Shown here: piece after piece, positions 14,634 to 28,639 of the stretch | Position numbering within the stretch: position 1 is the first letter of the stretch | How the letters are laid out: every line of letters begins with the position of its first letter | NCBI RefSeq assembly: GCF_001194135.2 | Contig: NC_068987.1 | Coordinates: 83,039,662-83,103,661, forward strand | Origin: Octopus bimaculoides | Lineage: Eukaryota | DNA: 64,000 bases | Reading direction: 5' to 3' | Notes under the pieces: model-generated | What the model saw: the letters and a program-made list of their open reading frames with translations, nothing else | The model's database searches: none | Told to the model about the DNA's origin: nothing | Translations under genes and position numbers: made by a program

Positions 14634-17600
14634 GACGGGCTTCTTTCAGTTTCCGTCTACCAAATCCACTTACAAGGCTTTGATCGGCCCGAGGCTATAG
14701 TAGAAAACACTTGCCCAAGGTGCCACGCAGTGGGAATGAACCCAGAACAATATGGTTGATAAGCAAGCTACTTACCACATAGCCACTCCTACGCCTTTAG
14801 GCGATATATTTAACAAAAAAGAAATGTTTAAAAGGGATGTGTTGTGTATTGGAAAAGCTCCAAATAAATTTAATATTTATACCAAGTGAATGCACCATTA
14901 ATATATAATGTTTTAGGAAATTAGGCAGTAAAACTTTGCGTTTTATTTCTGTGGCACAAATAATTTTTTTTCACTTCAGACTTTGAATAAACATTGATAG
15001 TCAGTTGTAATTTTACTTATAAATGATGCATTATCCCCTCAAAGTTATGTCGAATTTATTGTTTATTCTTTACTTGTTTCTGCCATTGGACTGTGTCCAT
15101 GCTGGAGCTCTGCCTTGAAGGGTTTAGTCAAAGAAAACAACCCCAGTATTCATGTTTTTTTTCTTTTTTTAAAGTCTGGTACAAGTTCTGTCAGACTCTT
15201 TTGCTAAAACTGCTTGGTTATTTCTTTATTGCCCACAAGGGGCTAAACATAGAGGGGACAAACAAGGACAAAGGGATTAAGTTGATTACATTGACCCCAG
15301 TGCGTAACTGGTACTTAATTCATCGATCCCGAAAGGATGAAAGGCAAAGTCGACCTTGGTGGAATTTGAACTCAGAATGTAGCAGACAAAATACAGCTAA
15401 GCATTTCACCCGGTGTGCTAACAATTCTGCCAGCTCGCCGCTTAGTTATGGGCTGTAAAATAAATTAACATTGGCTTTCAAGTGGTAATAATGGAGGACA
15501 CACACACACACACATTTGCATATATACGATGTGATTCCTCACAGTTTCCATCTACCAAATCCACTCACAGCTATAGTAGAAGGCACTTGCTCAAGGTGTT
15601 GTAAACTGGGACTGAACCCAAATCCACATAGTTGCAAAGCAACCTTCTTAACCACACGGCCAGGCCTGCTCCTATTTACATCTAAATTTGATCTTCAACG
15701 TCTTTGAGTCAAACTTTACTTTTGATATGAGCATAAATTTGTGGTACTTTGCTGTAAATTAAGGATTTTGTGACTAATCGATACATCGATGATGATGATG
15801 ATGATGATACCTCACCAAGCTGAGAGTTATACATCTATCTACATTGTATATTGTTTTATGTTGGATAAATTATTATAATATAAGGTGAGGTACTTTGTAA
15901 AGTTATCTGGATCCTAAATTTTGTATGGAAGTCCATGCATGGCTGATTAACTTGATTGCATATTTATTTTATTAACCTTAGAAGGCTCAAAGGCAAAGTT
16001 GACCTTGGCATATCGACAAAATAGTATCCTGTCTAAATAATTTAATTTATTATTGCTGTTGTCGTGACTGGTTTTTGTTGCAATTTGGAAAATGCTTGGT
16101 CTATCATTACATTCTATGTTGTGTCGCTGTCATAATCTTAATGTCATTTTTGAACTAATCATGATGATGATCATCATCATTATCATTTAAAGTCCTCCTT
16201 CCATGCTGGTATGGGTTGGTCAGTTTGACAGGAGCTGGCAAGCCAGAGAACTTTGCCAAGTTCTGTTGTCTGCTTTAACATGGTTTCTATGGCTGGATGC
16301 CCTTCCTAATGCCAACCACTTTACAGAGTGTACTCGGTGCTTTTTATGTGGTACCAGCACCAGCTGGATCACCAACTAACTTGTAAGACAAAGGACCCAT
16401 CGACTGGGAGGGGGAAGTAGTATCGCAGGAGGTGGTTTTGCCTCATTTGATGAGGGGTTAAAGTATGAGAGGAGGATAGAGATAGATGTTTTTTTCTGTA
16501 GAGGAGATGCATGGGTAATCCAGTTGGAAAAAAAAGGAGAGAATGATAGACACAAGGAAGGGTGGTGGTGGTGGTGGAGAGGTATTGGGACATACCCTCA
16601 ATGCAATGGGTGTGTATGGTGTACTGCTGGTGGTCAGCTATGATAGAGGAGATAATCCCTTCTGAATTAAGTCATCTTAACTTGGAAGTTTGAAATTTAA
16701 ATGAAAGAGTGAAGAAGAATGTGTACAGTATATACATGGTTGATGTTTCTTTTTCCTACATATTATTAAAGAGCTTCAAATTTCTTGTCATCGGCAACTA
16801 TATATAGTGTCAGGTCATCCTTTTTTAGAATTGCCAGTGTGGCATAACTTATTAATGAATTATGCTAAATTAAACCTTTTATGAAGTTAGACTTTTCTTA
16901 CAGAGTGAAAATAGTTTACAGCTTGAAAGGATTTTTTTCTTCTTCTTCTTTCTCATTGTAAATTGTCAATTGTTCTGCAATAGAGTCTAACCACACGAAG
17001 AAATTTTTTTTGCCTGACAGATTTGCTCAGGAAATACTAACTTACATGTAAGAAATTCCTCTTTTCTCTCTCTTCTCTCACTCTGATGCTGAAAAATTAA
17101 TAAATATTTTAAAATAATGAAATTACATTGTCAGTTTGAACACAATGCCTGTTTGATTGATATAAAGTAGTGAAATATTTTTCTGCTGTCTAATGAGCAA
17201 CTCCACTGGCAAATCATTTTAGCTCATTTAGCTTGTTCTTCTAGGGGTGTATGTGTATGTATCAACCCATGTCATCAGGGGAAGTTGATATACAATGGCT
17301 TTATGTTTGTTTGGATTGATGGATAGATGGCAATCAAATGGTCTTGGGCTCACTTTATTGCATTGCACCTTCTACAGTTCCAAGTCAACCAAAGCCTTAT
17401 GAGTGGATTTGGCAGGTAGAAACTGAAAGAACTCCATCTTGTGTAAGTGTGCATGTATCAAAGGTGGGCACTGTTAATACGTTAACCAAAAAGTTAATTT
17501 CGATAACCATTAATCAGTTAATCTTTTCCTAATGTAACAGAAGTTATCGGTAAACTGTTAATTTTAATTTTCATTATAGAAAAAATAAAAAACCAATTTT

Positions 17601-17719
17601 GCTCTAAAACCACCTAAAAACACCTTTAGAATATGCCAAAACTATAAAATCCATTAACTTCAATTGAATTAAAGTTAACAGAAGTTAATTCAACTTGACT
17701 TGAGTTAACTTCTTTATCA

Positions 17720-18900
17720 TCAGCATCATCATCATTTAACATCTGTGGGCCATGCTGGCATGGGTTGGATGGTTTGACCAGGGCTGGCACACTGGAAGGC
17801 TGCACCAGATCCCAGTCTGATTTGGCATGGTTTTCTACAGCTGGATGCCCTTCCTAACACCAACCTCTCCAAGAGTGTAATGGGTGTTTTTACTTGCCAC
17901 CGGCATGGGTGACATTTACATGACACTGGGATGTTTTTATGTGCCACTGGCACAGGTGCCAATTTGCATGACTGTGGTATCTGCCACAACTAAGATTTTG
18001 CTCAGTTTTACGGGTCTTCTTCTCAAGCACAACATAATGCCAAAGGTCTTGGTCATTGCCTCAATAGAGGCCCAATGTTTGAAAGGAACTCAGCCACTTT
18101 GCCTCCATGAGGCCCAACGCTTGAAAGGAACTCAGCCATTTTGCCTCCATGAGGTCCAACACTTGAAAGATGTTCTCTACATGCTACCAGCACTGGTACA
18201 ACAGGTCGTCTCAAGCACAGCACATTGCCAAAGGTTGCAGTCACTACCTTGTTCCATGTCTTCTTGGTCCTACCTCTACCATAGGTTCCCTCCACAGTTA
18301 AAGATCAGCACTTCTTTACACAGCTGTCCTCGTCCATATGCATCACATGACCATACCATCGTAGTTGTCTCTCTTGCACACCACATCTGATTTCTCTTCT
18401 GCCTAACATTTCTCTCAAGATGCTTACTCTCTGTTGAACATGCACACTGATATTGCACATCCAGCAAAGCATACTGGCTTCATTTCTTTCAAGCCTACAC
18501 ATGTCCTCTGCTATCCAGCAGGGTAGGAACTTAGGAGCTCTCTGAATTTTGCTTCTCCTAATCTTATTCTCACAGCTATGCTCCCAGAGCATCCACCTCC
18601 ACTACTAACTTGGTCACCTAGATAATGGAAGTTATCGACTATCTCTAGCTTGCTCCCCTGGCATTTGATGGAGTCTATTTTCTGCCCATTTTCAATGTTT
18701 ATTGTACCTGTGCATCTTCTGCATACAAAAGCTAGTTTCCCTATTAACCTTCCCTTGATATTGTTGCACCATTTATGTGTCCAAAGCTTACACTGGGTGC
18801 ATCTTAGGGAATTTCTACCTACACCTTTTCTACAGATTGAGCTGGGCCATCTACCTGATGAGATTTGTAATTTGTCTGCCTTCTTACTTAGTAAGACTTA
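17720..18900 (-). mobile_element. 5'-truncated RTE-clade LINE (RT C-terminal region, 3' UTR and (ATG)n tail)
   Basis: Minus-strand translation includes SGRWPSSICRKGVGRNSLRCTQCKLWTHKRC..VDNFHYLGDQVSSG and ERNEASMLCWMCNISVH..LRWYGHVMHMDEDSCVKKC..EGTYGRGRTKKTW; disrupted by frameshifts and stops. Confidence 0.88.
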
Positions 18901-19312
18901 ATCAATCAATCCAATAATTATTTCCAAAGTTAACTTCTAAGTTAAATCGTTAATGAAAATGTTATCATCATCATCATTTAATGTTCGCTTTCCATGCTGG
19001 CATGGGTTGGACAGTTTGACTGAGGACTGGTGAGCCAGAAGGCTGCTCCAGGCTCCAATCTGATTTGGCAAAGTTTCTACAGTCGGATGCCCTTCCCAAC
19101 ACCAACCACTCCGAGAGTGTAGTGGGTACTTTTTTATGTGCCACCGGCATGAGGGCCAGTCAGGTGATTCTGGCAACAACCTCGCTCTAAAGGTGTTTTT
19201 TACATGCTACCTGCACAGGAGCCAGTCTGGCGGCACTGGCAACGACCACGCTCAAATGTTGTTTCTCATGTGCCGGTAAGGTGATGCTGGCAACGATCAC
19301 GCTCGAATGGTG

Positions 19313-19366
<54 letters not shown>

Positions 19367-19576
19367 GTTCAAACTGATGTCTTTTCTTTTTATTTTGTGT
19401 TCCTTTATGTTAAACTTTAACCAAACTCCTGGAGCTTCTTTATAATGTTGATGATCTCTAATCCTTTATCTTTCAGATTACTCTGCCAAATAGAATACTT
19501 ATTTATTCACGTTATTTTAAATTAACCATGCATTATAATATAGCTTCAAGATTTCAATTACAGTAATCCCTCAACT

Positions 19577-19859
19577 GTGGAGGCGCAATGGCCCAGTGGT
19601 TAGGACAGCGGACTCGCAGTCGGAGGATCGCGGTTTCGATTCCTAGACCGGGTGTTGTGTGTATTTATTGAGCGAAACACCTAAGCTCCATGACCCCTGT
19701 TGTACTCTTTCACCCCAACTTTCTCTCACTCTTTCTTCCTGTTTCTTGAGTAAAGCTGCAATGGACTGGCGGCCTGTCCAGCTGGGAGAGGGGAACACAT
19801 ACACCAAAGAAACCGGGAAACTGAGCCCATGAGTCTGGCTAGGTTTTGAAAGGGCGACA
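19577..19859 (+). mobile_element. Full-length tRNA-derived SINE with perfect 12-bp TSD, inserted in a Tigger-like TIR
   Basis: Head gtggaggcgcaaTGGCCCAGTGGtt..GGTTTCGATTCC; TSD aatccctcaact at 19565-19576 and 19860-19871; host begins taCAGTAATCCCTC. Confidence 0.9.
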
Positions 19860-20520
19860 AATCCCTCAACTATTGTGGGTGTTATGTTCCAAAATCCCCC
19901 ATGATTGGTGAAAATCTGCGAAGTAGAAACTGTATTGTATACATATTTTTTTTATTTTCATAATTTGCATATATTCTGTTATAAATGCAAAACAACACCA
20001 TGGAAGAATCGACATAAGCTTAAATAATAAATCACAATAGGTGAACCACAATTGGTGAACTAGGGGGTAGGTGTGAGAGGCCAGATCTTGCTGGTTTGAA
20101 CACAAAATAAGTACAATATGTAGGCTTGATATAGGTGGTATAAATACTGAAGATCTAGACAAGGTTTCAACATCTACCAAAATTGATTAGCTGAATTAAA
20201 GACCTTACCACTCAGGTTGAGAAACTTTGTACAGAAATTAATACAATATTTTGGGAAAAAAATTACATTTATAGAAAATATTTAAAAATATCCACGAATG
20301 TAAAAATATTTAGAGGTTTAATGGATTTTACTTTAATAGAAACAATATAATATATGACTGAACAATTCAATTTCAGGTAGTTTTGTTTTAATTTTACTTT
20401 GAAAACTTCTTGATATTCTATATTTATGGAAGTTTTCAATTACTGCTGTTTCTCACAATCATTTAATATCCATACACATAACAACGAAAACAGTAATAAA
20501 GTTGTAGTCTAAGAACGTAT

Positions 20521-20554
20521 ATGGAAAATATGTTAGATGAAGCATCTAAATACA
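20521..20554 (+). CDS. TERB1: Probable first coding exon of TERB1-like gene (MENMLDEASKY + 1 nt)
   Basis: ATG at 20521, 34 nt, then donor A|GTGAGC. The phase-1 end fits the phase-1 start of exon 26598, and it gives a short N-terminal peptide like that of vertebrate TERB1. Too short to be certain without transcripts. Confidence 0.5.
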
Positions 20555-21107
20555 GTGAGCTATGAACAGAAACTAACTGCTTATTTTTATGTATTGTACC
20601 CATATATACACAATTCATAAACAGAACTTGGATATTCTTATTTGATCTCATTATATAGAAATACTGTAAGTTGTGAAATCGCTAGAGCTAGTTAATTTTC
20701 TCTTTGGTGACTAAGTTGTCAGCTTCTTACTGGTTTCAATCTGCAAGCAAATTCTGGATAATGAAATGGAATGATTTAATAGTATGACTAATGCATTCTG
20801 ATATTGATTTTATATATAAAACCTTTTCTGAATACATCTTCTTCATATGAAATGTCTTGTCTTGAATTGCAATTAAATAATTCTAAAATTTCTGTTTGAG
20901 AAAATAGGTATAATTTTGTATGTAGAAGTTAAATGTCCTTGGTTTGAGGAAAAATGTTTATGGTAATGTTAATGATTATTGTTCAATCTGAATAAATAAG
21001 TTTGTTTCAAATCTCTTGTTAATAGGAGAATCTGTTTAAAAACTGCCAAAACAAAATCTGAAAATTCTCTACTGTTTCACTTTTCTAAACATAGGATTAT
21101 ATATATA

Positions 21108-21161
<54 letters not shown>

Positions 21162-22029
21162 ACAATTTGTTTTATAACCTAACATTGAATAGCAATGACA
21201 TTCATTTTTTCTTTTATATANNNNNNNNNNNNNNNNNNNNNNNNNNNNNNNNNNNNNNNNNNNNTATATATATATATATATATATGCATGCATGCATACA
21301 CACACACCTAAATTCAAGTTCTAAACAGAATTGATTTTGAGAATCGTGTTTTACTTCATTGATTTGCCATTCAGTGATTCTGAAATTCAAAGTAATTGTA
21401 AATTGTAAATTCCATAAAATAACATAGAATACAAGTTCATGGTTTGTATCATCATTAAATTCTAAACATTGAAGTCCTATCAATATAGAATTTCTAGTTT
21501 AGTGAAATACCAAGTAATTACTCTTTCCTTTTTTTTGACTTTATTAAAAGAATTCAGTCCAGAAAAAGAAAACAATTGCCATTTTCCAATGATGGTGCCC
21601 CAGCATAGCTACAGCCTTTTGGCTGTAAATAAAAGAGTAAAGAGACCCCCTTTGGTTTCAAATGACCATCGGATTGCATCTAGAAAGTTCCCCTCCAGAG
21701 CACAAGATTGGACAAGGTTGTTTATGGAAGACTGACCAGCCTCTCCTCTCCATACCACTGATGTTATCTAAGGGAAAGGTAAAGGCTGATACAGCTTGGC
21801 ACCTGTGACGTTGCAACTCATTTTTACAGATGAATGAACTGTAGCAACGTGAAATAAAGTGTCTTGCTCAAGAACACAACACACAGCCTGGTCTGGGAAT
21901 CAAACTCACTACTTCATGAGAAAAAAATAAATAAATAAAGGAATTCCATATTTGATGGCAAATAAGATGCACTTTCCCCACCAAAATAATGTCTCAATAA
22001 AAATCTCTTCTCTCGCTCCTATGTGCATA

Positions 22030-22300
22030 GTTAGTCCACATTAGACTAGTCAAAGACTATTGAAAGTATACCAGGCTTTGCTGATGCTGGGCCTCACATC
22101 CTCCTCTGTTCTACCCATCTTTGCAGTGATGCTGCTGAGATACACAAACATAATGGTCTCCAGAAGGGCTTTCATACCAATTCTAATCGTTTCCTAGTGA
22201 CAGGGTGTTCAGCCTCAAAGCTTGCATCTTGTTCTTGCTGAAATTAGGGTGTCTCTAATCTGCCTAGGCTTCTTTTATGCCATAAAATATGGTTAGTAAG
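22030..22300 (-). mobile_element. Degraded RTE-type RT fragment
   Basis: Minus strand: IRIGMKALLETIMFVYLSSITAKMGRTEEDVRPSISKAWYTFNSL resembles the F.YLGS....G....DI..RI.KA...F..L motif. Confidence 0.5.
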
Positions 22301-23536
22301 AGCTTTAGCTGCTATCTTGTACTCTGTGTAGTGGCATTGTTGTATCACCAATGGGCTATGTGCTCTGACACTGTTGGCTAATAAGCCGATTCGTTATCTA
22401 TTTACTTCATTAATTCTTAAGAAAAATTAATGTTCAGTGATACTGATCAAGATAAAGATTTTTCAAAATCCAACTTCAAATATGACTTTAATTACAGTAA
22501 TTTATTATTTTATGGAAAGTTTGCATATAAATCCCCATGGATTAAGTAACAACCAATTTTTCTATGCTGTATTTCCATTTCAAAACCAAAAACCAAAAAA
22601 AACAAAGAAGCTTTTTTATATGTGTTTTGCTAAAATATTTTCATTTATTCAAATATAATTCCCTATTACTTTTTAGCAACCTAGTTTATAAAGGAAAGTA
22701 TTGGTTAACAAAATAAAAAAAGACAAAAATTAATTGCTTTTAAATACAAAGTCATGAACATTTTATTGCTTTTAGAATTTTACAATATATCAGGGACTTA
22801 GAAGCCTGTTTAGATAAGAAATTAATGGCTCTTATAGAGTTCTCTTGAAGTTATTAGCATTTATAAAAAAAAGTAAATAATATTTTCCATTCCATCTTGC
22901 ATTGCATTTAGATTTTTTTTCTCCTAATTATTATGTTTATCCATATTACTGTTGTCATGTATCTTTTCTTTTAGGCTTTTTTAAAAGTTTTGTTGGTATT
23001 GCTTTAAAGTTGAATAGAAAACTTAGTGCATAGTATAGCAGGGAGAAAAATCATTATTGAAAAACATTTTTCTGCTCTGTCATGAATTATTAATGTTGAA
23101 ACATAATGTTAAGATATGCTCTAGGCTCCACTATCTTTTAATAGTTAAGTTGTATTTTTATGGGGTTTTTTTTTCTCTTTGAATTTGAAATCTAATGGGA
23201 CTTTTCTTTTTTTGCCTTTGTTTGATGATGTCTAGTTGAATATACAAATGAAATGAATAAATTAACCATATATTTGACTATGTATATATATTATGTATGT
23301 ATGTATGTATTAATATTATTTTAAATATATATAAAAAAAAATAACATCTGTCTCTAAGCTTACAGAAGATAATTTAAAAGTTTTTACTTCTATTTTTTTA
23401 ATAAATGCTTATGTAAATACTATTACTAATACAATTCCTTTCTTTGAGGCTGAGTGGTCTACATTTCTGTCTTTAGATTAAAAAAATATGAGACTTTTAT
23501 AACAATAGGTATAGTGCATTAACTTACATGAAATAT

Positions 23537-24242
23537 NNNNNNNNNNNNNNNNNNNNNNNNNNNNNNNNNNNNNNNNNNNNNNNNNNNNNNNNNNNNNNNN
23601 NNNNNNNNNNNNNNNNNNNNNNNNNNNNNNNNNNNNNNNNNNNNNNNNNNNNNNNNNNNNNNNNNNNNNNNNNNNNNNNNNNNNNNNNNNNNNNNNNNNN
23701 NNNNNNNNNNNNNNNNNNNNNNNNNNNNNNNNNNNNNNNNNNNNNNNNNNNNNNNNNNNNNNNNNNNNNNNNNNNNNNNNNNNNNNNNNNNNNNNNNNNN
23801 NNNNNNNNNNNNNNNNNNNNNNNNNNNNNNNNNNNNNNNNNNNNNNNNNNNNNNNNNNNNNNNNNNNNNNNNNNNNNNNNNNNNNNNNNNNNNNNNNNNN
23901 NNNNNNNNNNNNNNNNNNNNNNNNNNNNNNNNNNNNNNNNNNNNNNNNNNNNNNNNNNNNNNNNNNNNNNNNNNNNNNNNNNNNNNNNNNNNNNNNNNNN
24001 NNNNNNNNNNNNNNNNNNNNNNNNNNNNNNNNNNNNNNNNNNNNNNNNNNNNNNNNNNNNNNNNNNNNNNNNNNNNNNNNNNNNNNNNNNNNNNNNNNNN
24101 NNNNNNNNNNNNNNNNNNNNNNNNNNNNNNNNNNNNNNNNNNNNNNNNNNNNNNNNNNNNNNNNNNNNNNNNNNNNNNNNNNNNNNNNNNNNNNNNNNNN
24201 NNNNNNNNNNNNNNNNNNNNNNNNNNNNNNNNNNNNNNNNNN
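23537..24242. other. Largest assembly gap (others: 2091-2255, 12388-12397, 14203-14425, 21221-21264, 43517-43526, 52601-53155, 62959-62968)
   Basis: Runs of N, mostly flanked by (TA)n or repeats. Confidence 1.
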
Positions 24243-24280
<38 letters not shown>

Positions 24281-25099
24281 TCTATATTTGACTGTGGTGT
24301 TAAAGATCACAATTGAATATTATTTGTTTTGTTGACTAATACATATTATTCAAGGTATGAGATCATTTCTACTGTGGTAGAGAATATTTGAAATCTGAGG
24401 AGAAATCCCAAAGTATTTTATACAGTTTATAGAGACTAGCAAAAACATCACCCTGTGGGCAGTTTTCTGATAGATGCTAAATAGTTTGATTCCCAATTTG
24501 TGTAATTTTTTTTTTATATGTTATGTTTAATTACCACTTGTATCCATTATGCATCCACTATCTCGCACTGGCTCAATAAATGAATTTGGAATAATAGCAA
24601 TCACTCAAAGACAGTGTTAGGGTTTATGAAGAAATCAGGTATTATTTCGACATAACCATGTGAAAGTCCTCAATTTATCATTCGTATATATCATCATCAT
24701 CATCGTTTAACGTCCGTTTTCCATGCTAACATGGGTTGGACGATTTGACTGAGGACTGGTGAACCAGAAGGCTACACCAGGCTCCAATCTGATTTGGCAG
24801 AGTTTCTACATAAGTGGATGTGCAATGCCAGCATGGAAGACAAACATTAAGCAATGATGATGATATATGAAGGACTCCCCTGTCAAAGACGATGCATGAG
24901 CATTCAGCTTTTATCAAATAACCTGCACAAATGATTTGTTTATAGTGTTCATGTTGCACATTACCTCACTCTCTCCATAAAATTGACATTGTGTGAATGG
25001 GTGCACTGTATGCCACACATCAGATGTCAAAGTGATTGCACAGGAACATGAGATGAAGTGCTTTACTCAAGAATACGATGCACCACTGACAGATCTTAT

Positions 25100-25890
25100 T
25101 GAGCACAGTGAATCACCAGTCATCTCAATCTTTAGTCTGCTTCTCTGTGAGGATTAATGTCCTGCGAACAGTATTCATAACTTCATCTCACATTTTCTTG
25201 GGTCTGCCTCTTCCACAGGTTCCATATGCATCACATGCCTATTCCAGAACAGTTTTCTCTCTTGTACACTGTGTCTGATGCCTGTTGTGCTGAATTTTTA
25301 TTTCAACCCATTTGCACTTTGTTGCTCATGCACACTGATATTACACATCAAGTGGAGCATGTTAGCTTCATTTCCTTCTGGGAATCAAACTCACTACCTC
25401 ACATCCTTTCCATTCCACAGTCCTCATTTCACCACTCTGTAGCATTGTGTTCATACACAGGTGTCCTACAATCTGACTTTCACTCTGAGAGAAAGACTAT
25501 TTATTACCAGCTATGATAATAACTCTCTTAGCTTTCTTTAACTAGTTCTTATTTTAGCAGCTCTACTTTCAGAACATCCTCCTCTGTTGCTAATTAAATC
25601 ACCTGAGTAACAGAAACGATCTACTGTCTCTAAGGATTCACCTGAGAATTCAAGAAAATCTATTTCTCATGTATTCTTGATGTTTATTTCACTTCATATC
25701 TGCCACAAACAATGTCTACTTTCTCTGTAAACCTTCCTTTGAAGGTTAACACTGTACCTTTTACATGTCCATAGTTTGTACTAGGTAGACCTTATGGAAT
25801 TTCTACCTACATCTTTTCTACATATTAAACAGGGCTGTTTTTCTGAAGAAATTAGCATCCTGTGTGTTTTCCTGTTTACTAGAACTTTGA
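25100..25890 (-). mobile_element. Older degraded RTE LINE fragment, same family as 17720-18900
   Basis: Minus strand shows KVLVNRK..PCLICRKDVGRNSI..VDRFCYSGDLISN.GGCSES remnants with many stops. Confidence 0.65.
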
Positions 25891-26597
25891 TAAAATAGAA
25901 CTAAATTTGATGACTGGCACCCATGCCAACGTTGTCTCCTTCATTGGACACTAAACTCGGCTTGCGAAGACCTGTTGGGGCAAGCGAAAGCAAAATTGTG
26001 ATGGCACCTGTGCCCAGCGTCGCCTTCCTGGCACTTGTACCGGTGGCATGTGTAAAGACATTCGAGCGAGATCATTTCTAGTGCCGTTAGACTGGCTCCT
26101 GTGCAGGTGGCACGTAAATACACCATTTTGAGTGTGGCCTTTGCTAGTATCGTCTGACTGGCCTCCGTGCCGGTGACACGTAAAAGCACCCAATACACTC
26201 TCTGAGTGGTTGGCGTTAGGAAGGGCATCCAGCTGTAGAAACTCTGCCAAATCAGATTGGAGCCTGGTGTAGCCATCTGGTTCACCAGTCCTCAGTCAAA
26301 TCGTCCAGCCCATGCTAGCATGGAAAGCGGATGTTAAACGATGATGATGATGATGATGATGGTGATGATGATGGTCTTTGCTGTGTTAACTTTAAGACCA
26401 TTTGGTTCTAGGTTTTGCTTCCACACCTGGAATTTGTTTTCTAATTCTACTACAGATTTAGCCATAAGAAGATGATCATCATCATAGAAGAGTTCCTAAC
26501 TCTTCTATATGGTCTGCACGATTATGATAAACAGTAAAGGACAAAATATTGAAAATTATAAATTAGTTTATACAATTTCTATAAACTTGTTTTACAG

Positions 26598-26708
26598 AAG
26601 CAAAGAAAAAAGTCCAGCTAATGGTGGAATGCATTAAGTACCATCTTGATGATGAGGAATGCCTTCGGAAAAGCCTTCTTTCCATTGCTTCATTAAGTGC
26701 TACTAACA
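26598..26708 (+). CDS. TERB1: TERB1-like exon (111 nt, phase 1-1)
   Basis: Acceptor ttgttttacAG, donor GTGAGT; encodes AKKKVQLMVECIKYHLDDEECLRKSLLSIASLSATN. Confidence 0.9.
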
Positions 26709-27159
26709 GTGAGTATTATAGTATTATATGTGTTTTAAAAGGAATTGGATTTTATTATGAATATGAAATGAGCTTTAGAAAACTAATTCATGTTTGAAAT
26801 AAGAATGGTTAGATTATAAAAGAAAGAATATTTTTACTTGAAATAGATTTGATTCAAATTTGTAAATATTTGGTAACTTTATGGATTTTTTAAAGTTGTA
26901 TAAGCTGCAGTTCAGGCAATCCATTTGGGAGAGCAGAAGCTGAATAAAATCGATGCAGTATTGTTGTCAACCTTTCTGTTGCTGATGGCATGGTAAAATA
27001 CACTCAGTCCATGCTATCAAGTGATTGGTGGTAGGAAGGGCATACAGCCATGGAGAAAAATACATGAGACAAAAGCAAAGTTGTTTCCATTGACAATGGA
27101 ACAGGACAAGTGATAATATATTGTAAAATGGAATGAGATTATTGGGCACAGTGCAACAC

Positions 27160-27370
27160 GGTGAGCTGTCAGAATCATTAGGACACTGGGTGAAATGCTT
27201 AGCAGTATTTCAACTGCCTCTACGTTCTGAGTTCAAATTCTGCTGAAGTCGACTTTGCCTTTCATCCTTTTGGGATTGATAAATTAAGTAGCCGTGAAAC
27301 ACTGGGGTTGATGTAATCGACTAGTCCCCTCCCACCAAATTTCAAGGCCTTGTGCCTTCAGTAGAAAGGA
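27160..27370 (+). mobile_element. Third tRNA-like SINE family
   Basis: ggtgagctg.cagaatc.ttag..gaaatgcttagc..GAGTTCAAATTC..gtcgactttgcctttcatcc..; related copies at ~15215-15440 (-), ~41810-41940 and ~57250-57370. Confidence 0.75.
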
Positions 27371-28639
27371 TTATTGGGTACAGGTGTTTGGGTGCAGACA
27401 ATTTGGTACAGCTTATTGAAGGTACAACTTGTTTTGGTGACCACTTTTTGGAGCTCGAGGCGAACACGCACTTTCAGAAATATACACAGAGAGAGAGAAA
27501 CGGTGGCATTTCCAATTTATTAATTGAACACAGTAGACACAAACACTTTCCATCTCTTCTTTCACCTCAGGTGAAATATGCTCACTTGCATAAAAAGTCA
27601 TTAAAATGAGTGAAACATTAAACCATCTGATGGCAAGTAAGTCAGCATCAAATCAGCATTGTCAAAGAAGCAATGCCAAAATGGCTGTACTAAAATATGG
27701 CAAGCCTGTTGTAAGACCTATTGAACCTGTAACAGCCAATAAAAACAGATATCAAACAATGATGTTGATGCTTTATTTTTCTGGGCTCTTATGAAAAACT
27801 TAATCATCGTCATCATCATCATTTAATGGCTGCCTTCCAAGCTGGCATGGGTTGGATGGTTTGACAGGAGCCAGCCAGGTAGAAGACTACATCAGGCTAC
27901 TGTTTGGGCAGGGTTTTTATGACTGGATGCTCAGCCTAACACCAATCACCCTGTACAATAGACTGAGTGCCTTTTACATGGCACCAGCACAGGCAAGGTC
28001 AGTTTTGTCTTGGTTTTTACAGCTGGATGCCCTTCCAAATGCCAACCACTTCACAGTGTGAACTGGATACTTTTTATGTGGCACCAGCACTGACAGGGTC
28101 ACCAAGTAACTTGCAAGACAAAGAACCTTTTAGAGGGGAGGGGGCATTGGAGGAGGTGATCTTGTGTCAGATGATGAAAAGTTATAGTGAGACAGAGAGG
28201 TAGAAAGAGGTGTTTTGCTATAGGTACATAGTTACCTGGTCAGGGAGGAAGAGAGAGAGAGTGGTAACAGGGAGGGGGACAGAAACAGGTGTGCTGCTGT
28301 AGAGGAGACACATGGTTACGCAGCCAGTGGGAAGAGAGAGAGAGAGAGAGAGTGGAAGACAACAAGAGAGAGCAGGAGAGAGATGATGGTGAAGTGCCAG
28401 GGTATACTGACAAGGAATTGGATTCAGAGCATAGATGGGATGGTAGAGTAGGGAAGAGAGAGAGATAAATGGTGGTAATTTCCAGGACATGCCCTCAAGG
28501 TATGGGGACATAATATTCATGGCCAGGTATTGCCAAAGAGGCATGGGTAAGGAGTGAGGTTGGGGATTGCAGTGACTGGTAAGAACCTGGGTATAAAGAG
28601 GGGGTCGGGAAAGAAGTGATACAGTGAGCAGGGCAGTGA

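Noticed and set aside
18066-18170. 42-bp tandem repeat (about 2.4 copies)
   Set aside because: Local slippage inside an already dead RTE fragment; no independent significance.
19577-19650. tRNA gene (also the other A/B-box heads)
   Set aside because: No proper acceptor stem; continues into a SINE body with TSD, so it is a SINE head rather than a tRNA.
23515-23536. Minus-strand GTAAGT donor next to the large gap
   Set aside because: The would-be exon lies in Ns, so it cannot be evaluated; such hexamers occur by chance.
23519-24310. Long ORFs made of X (also 1824-2499, 14098-14523, 21069-21483, 52514-53186)
   Set aside because: Artefacts of translating N gaps.
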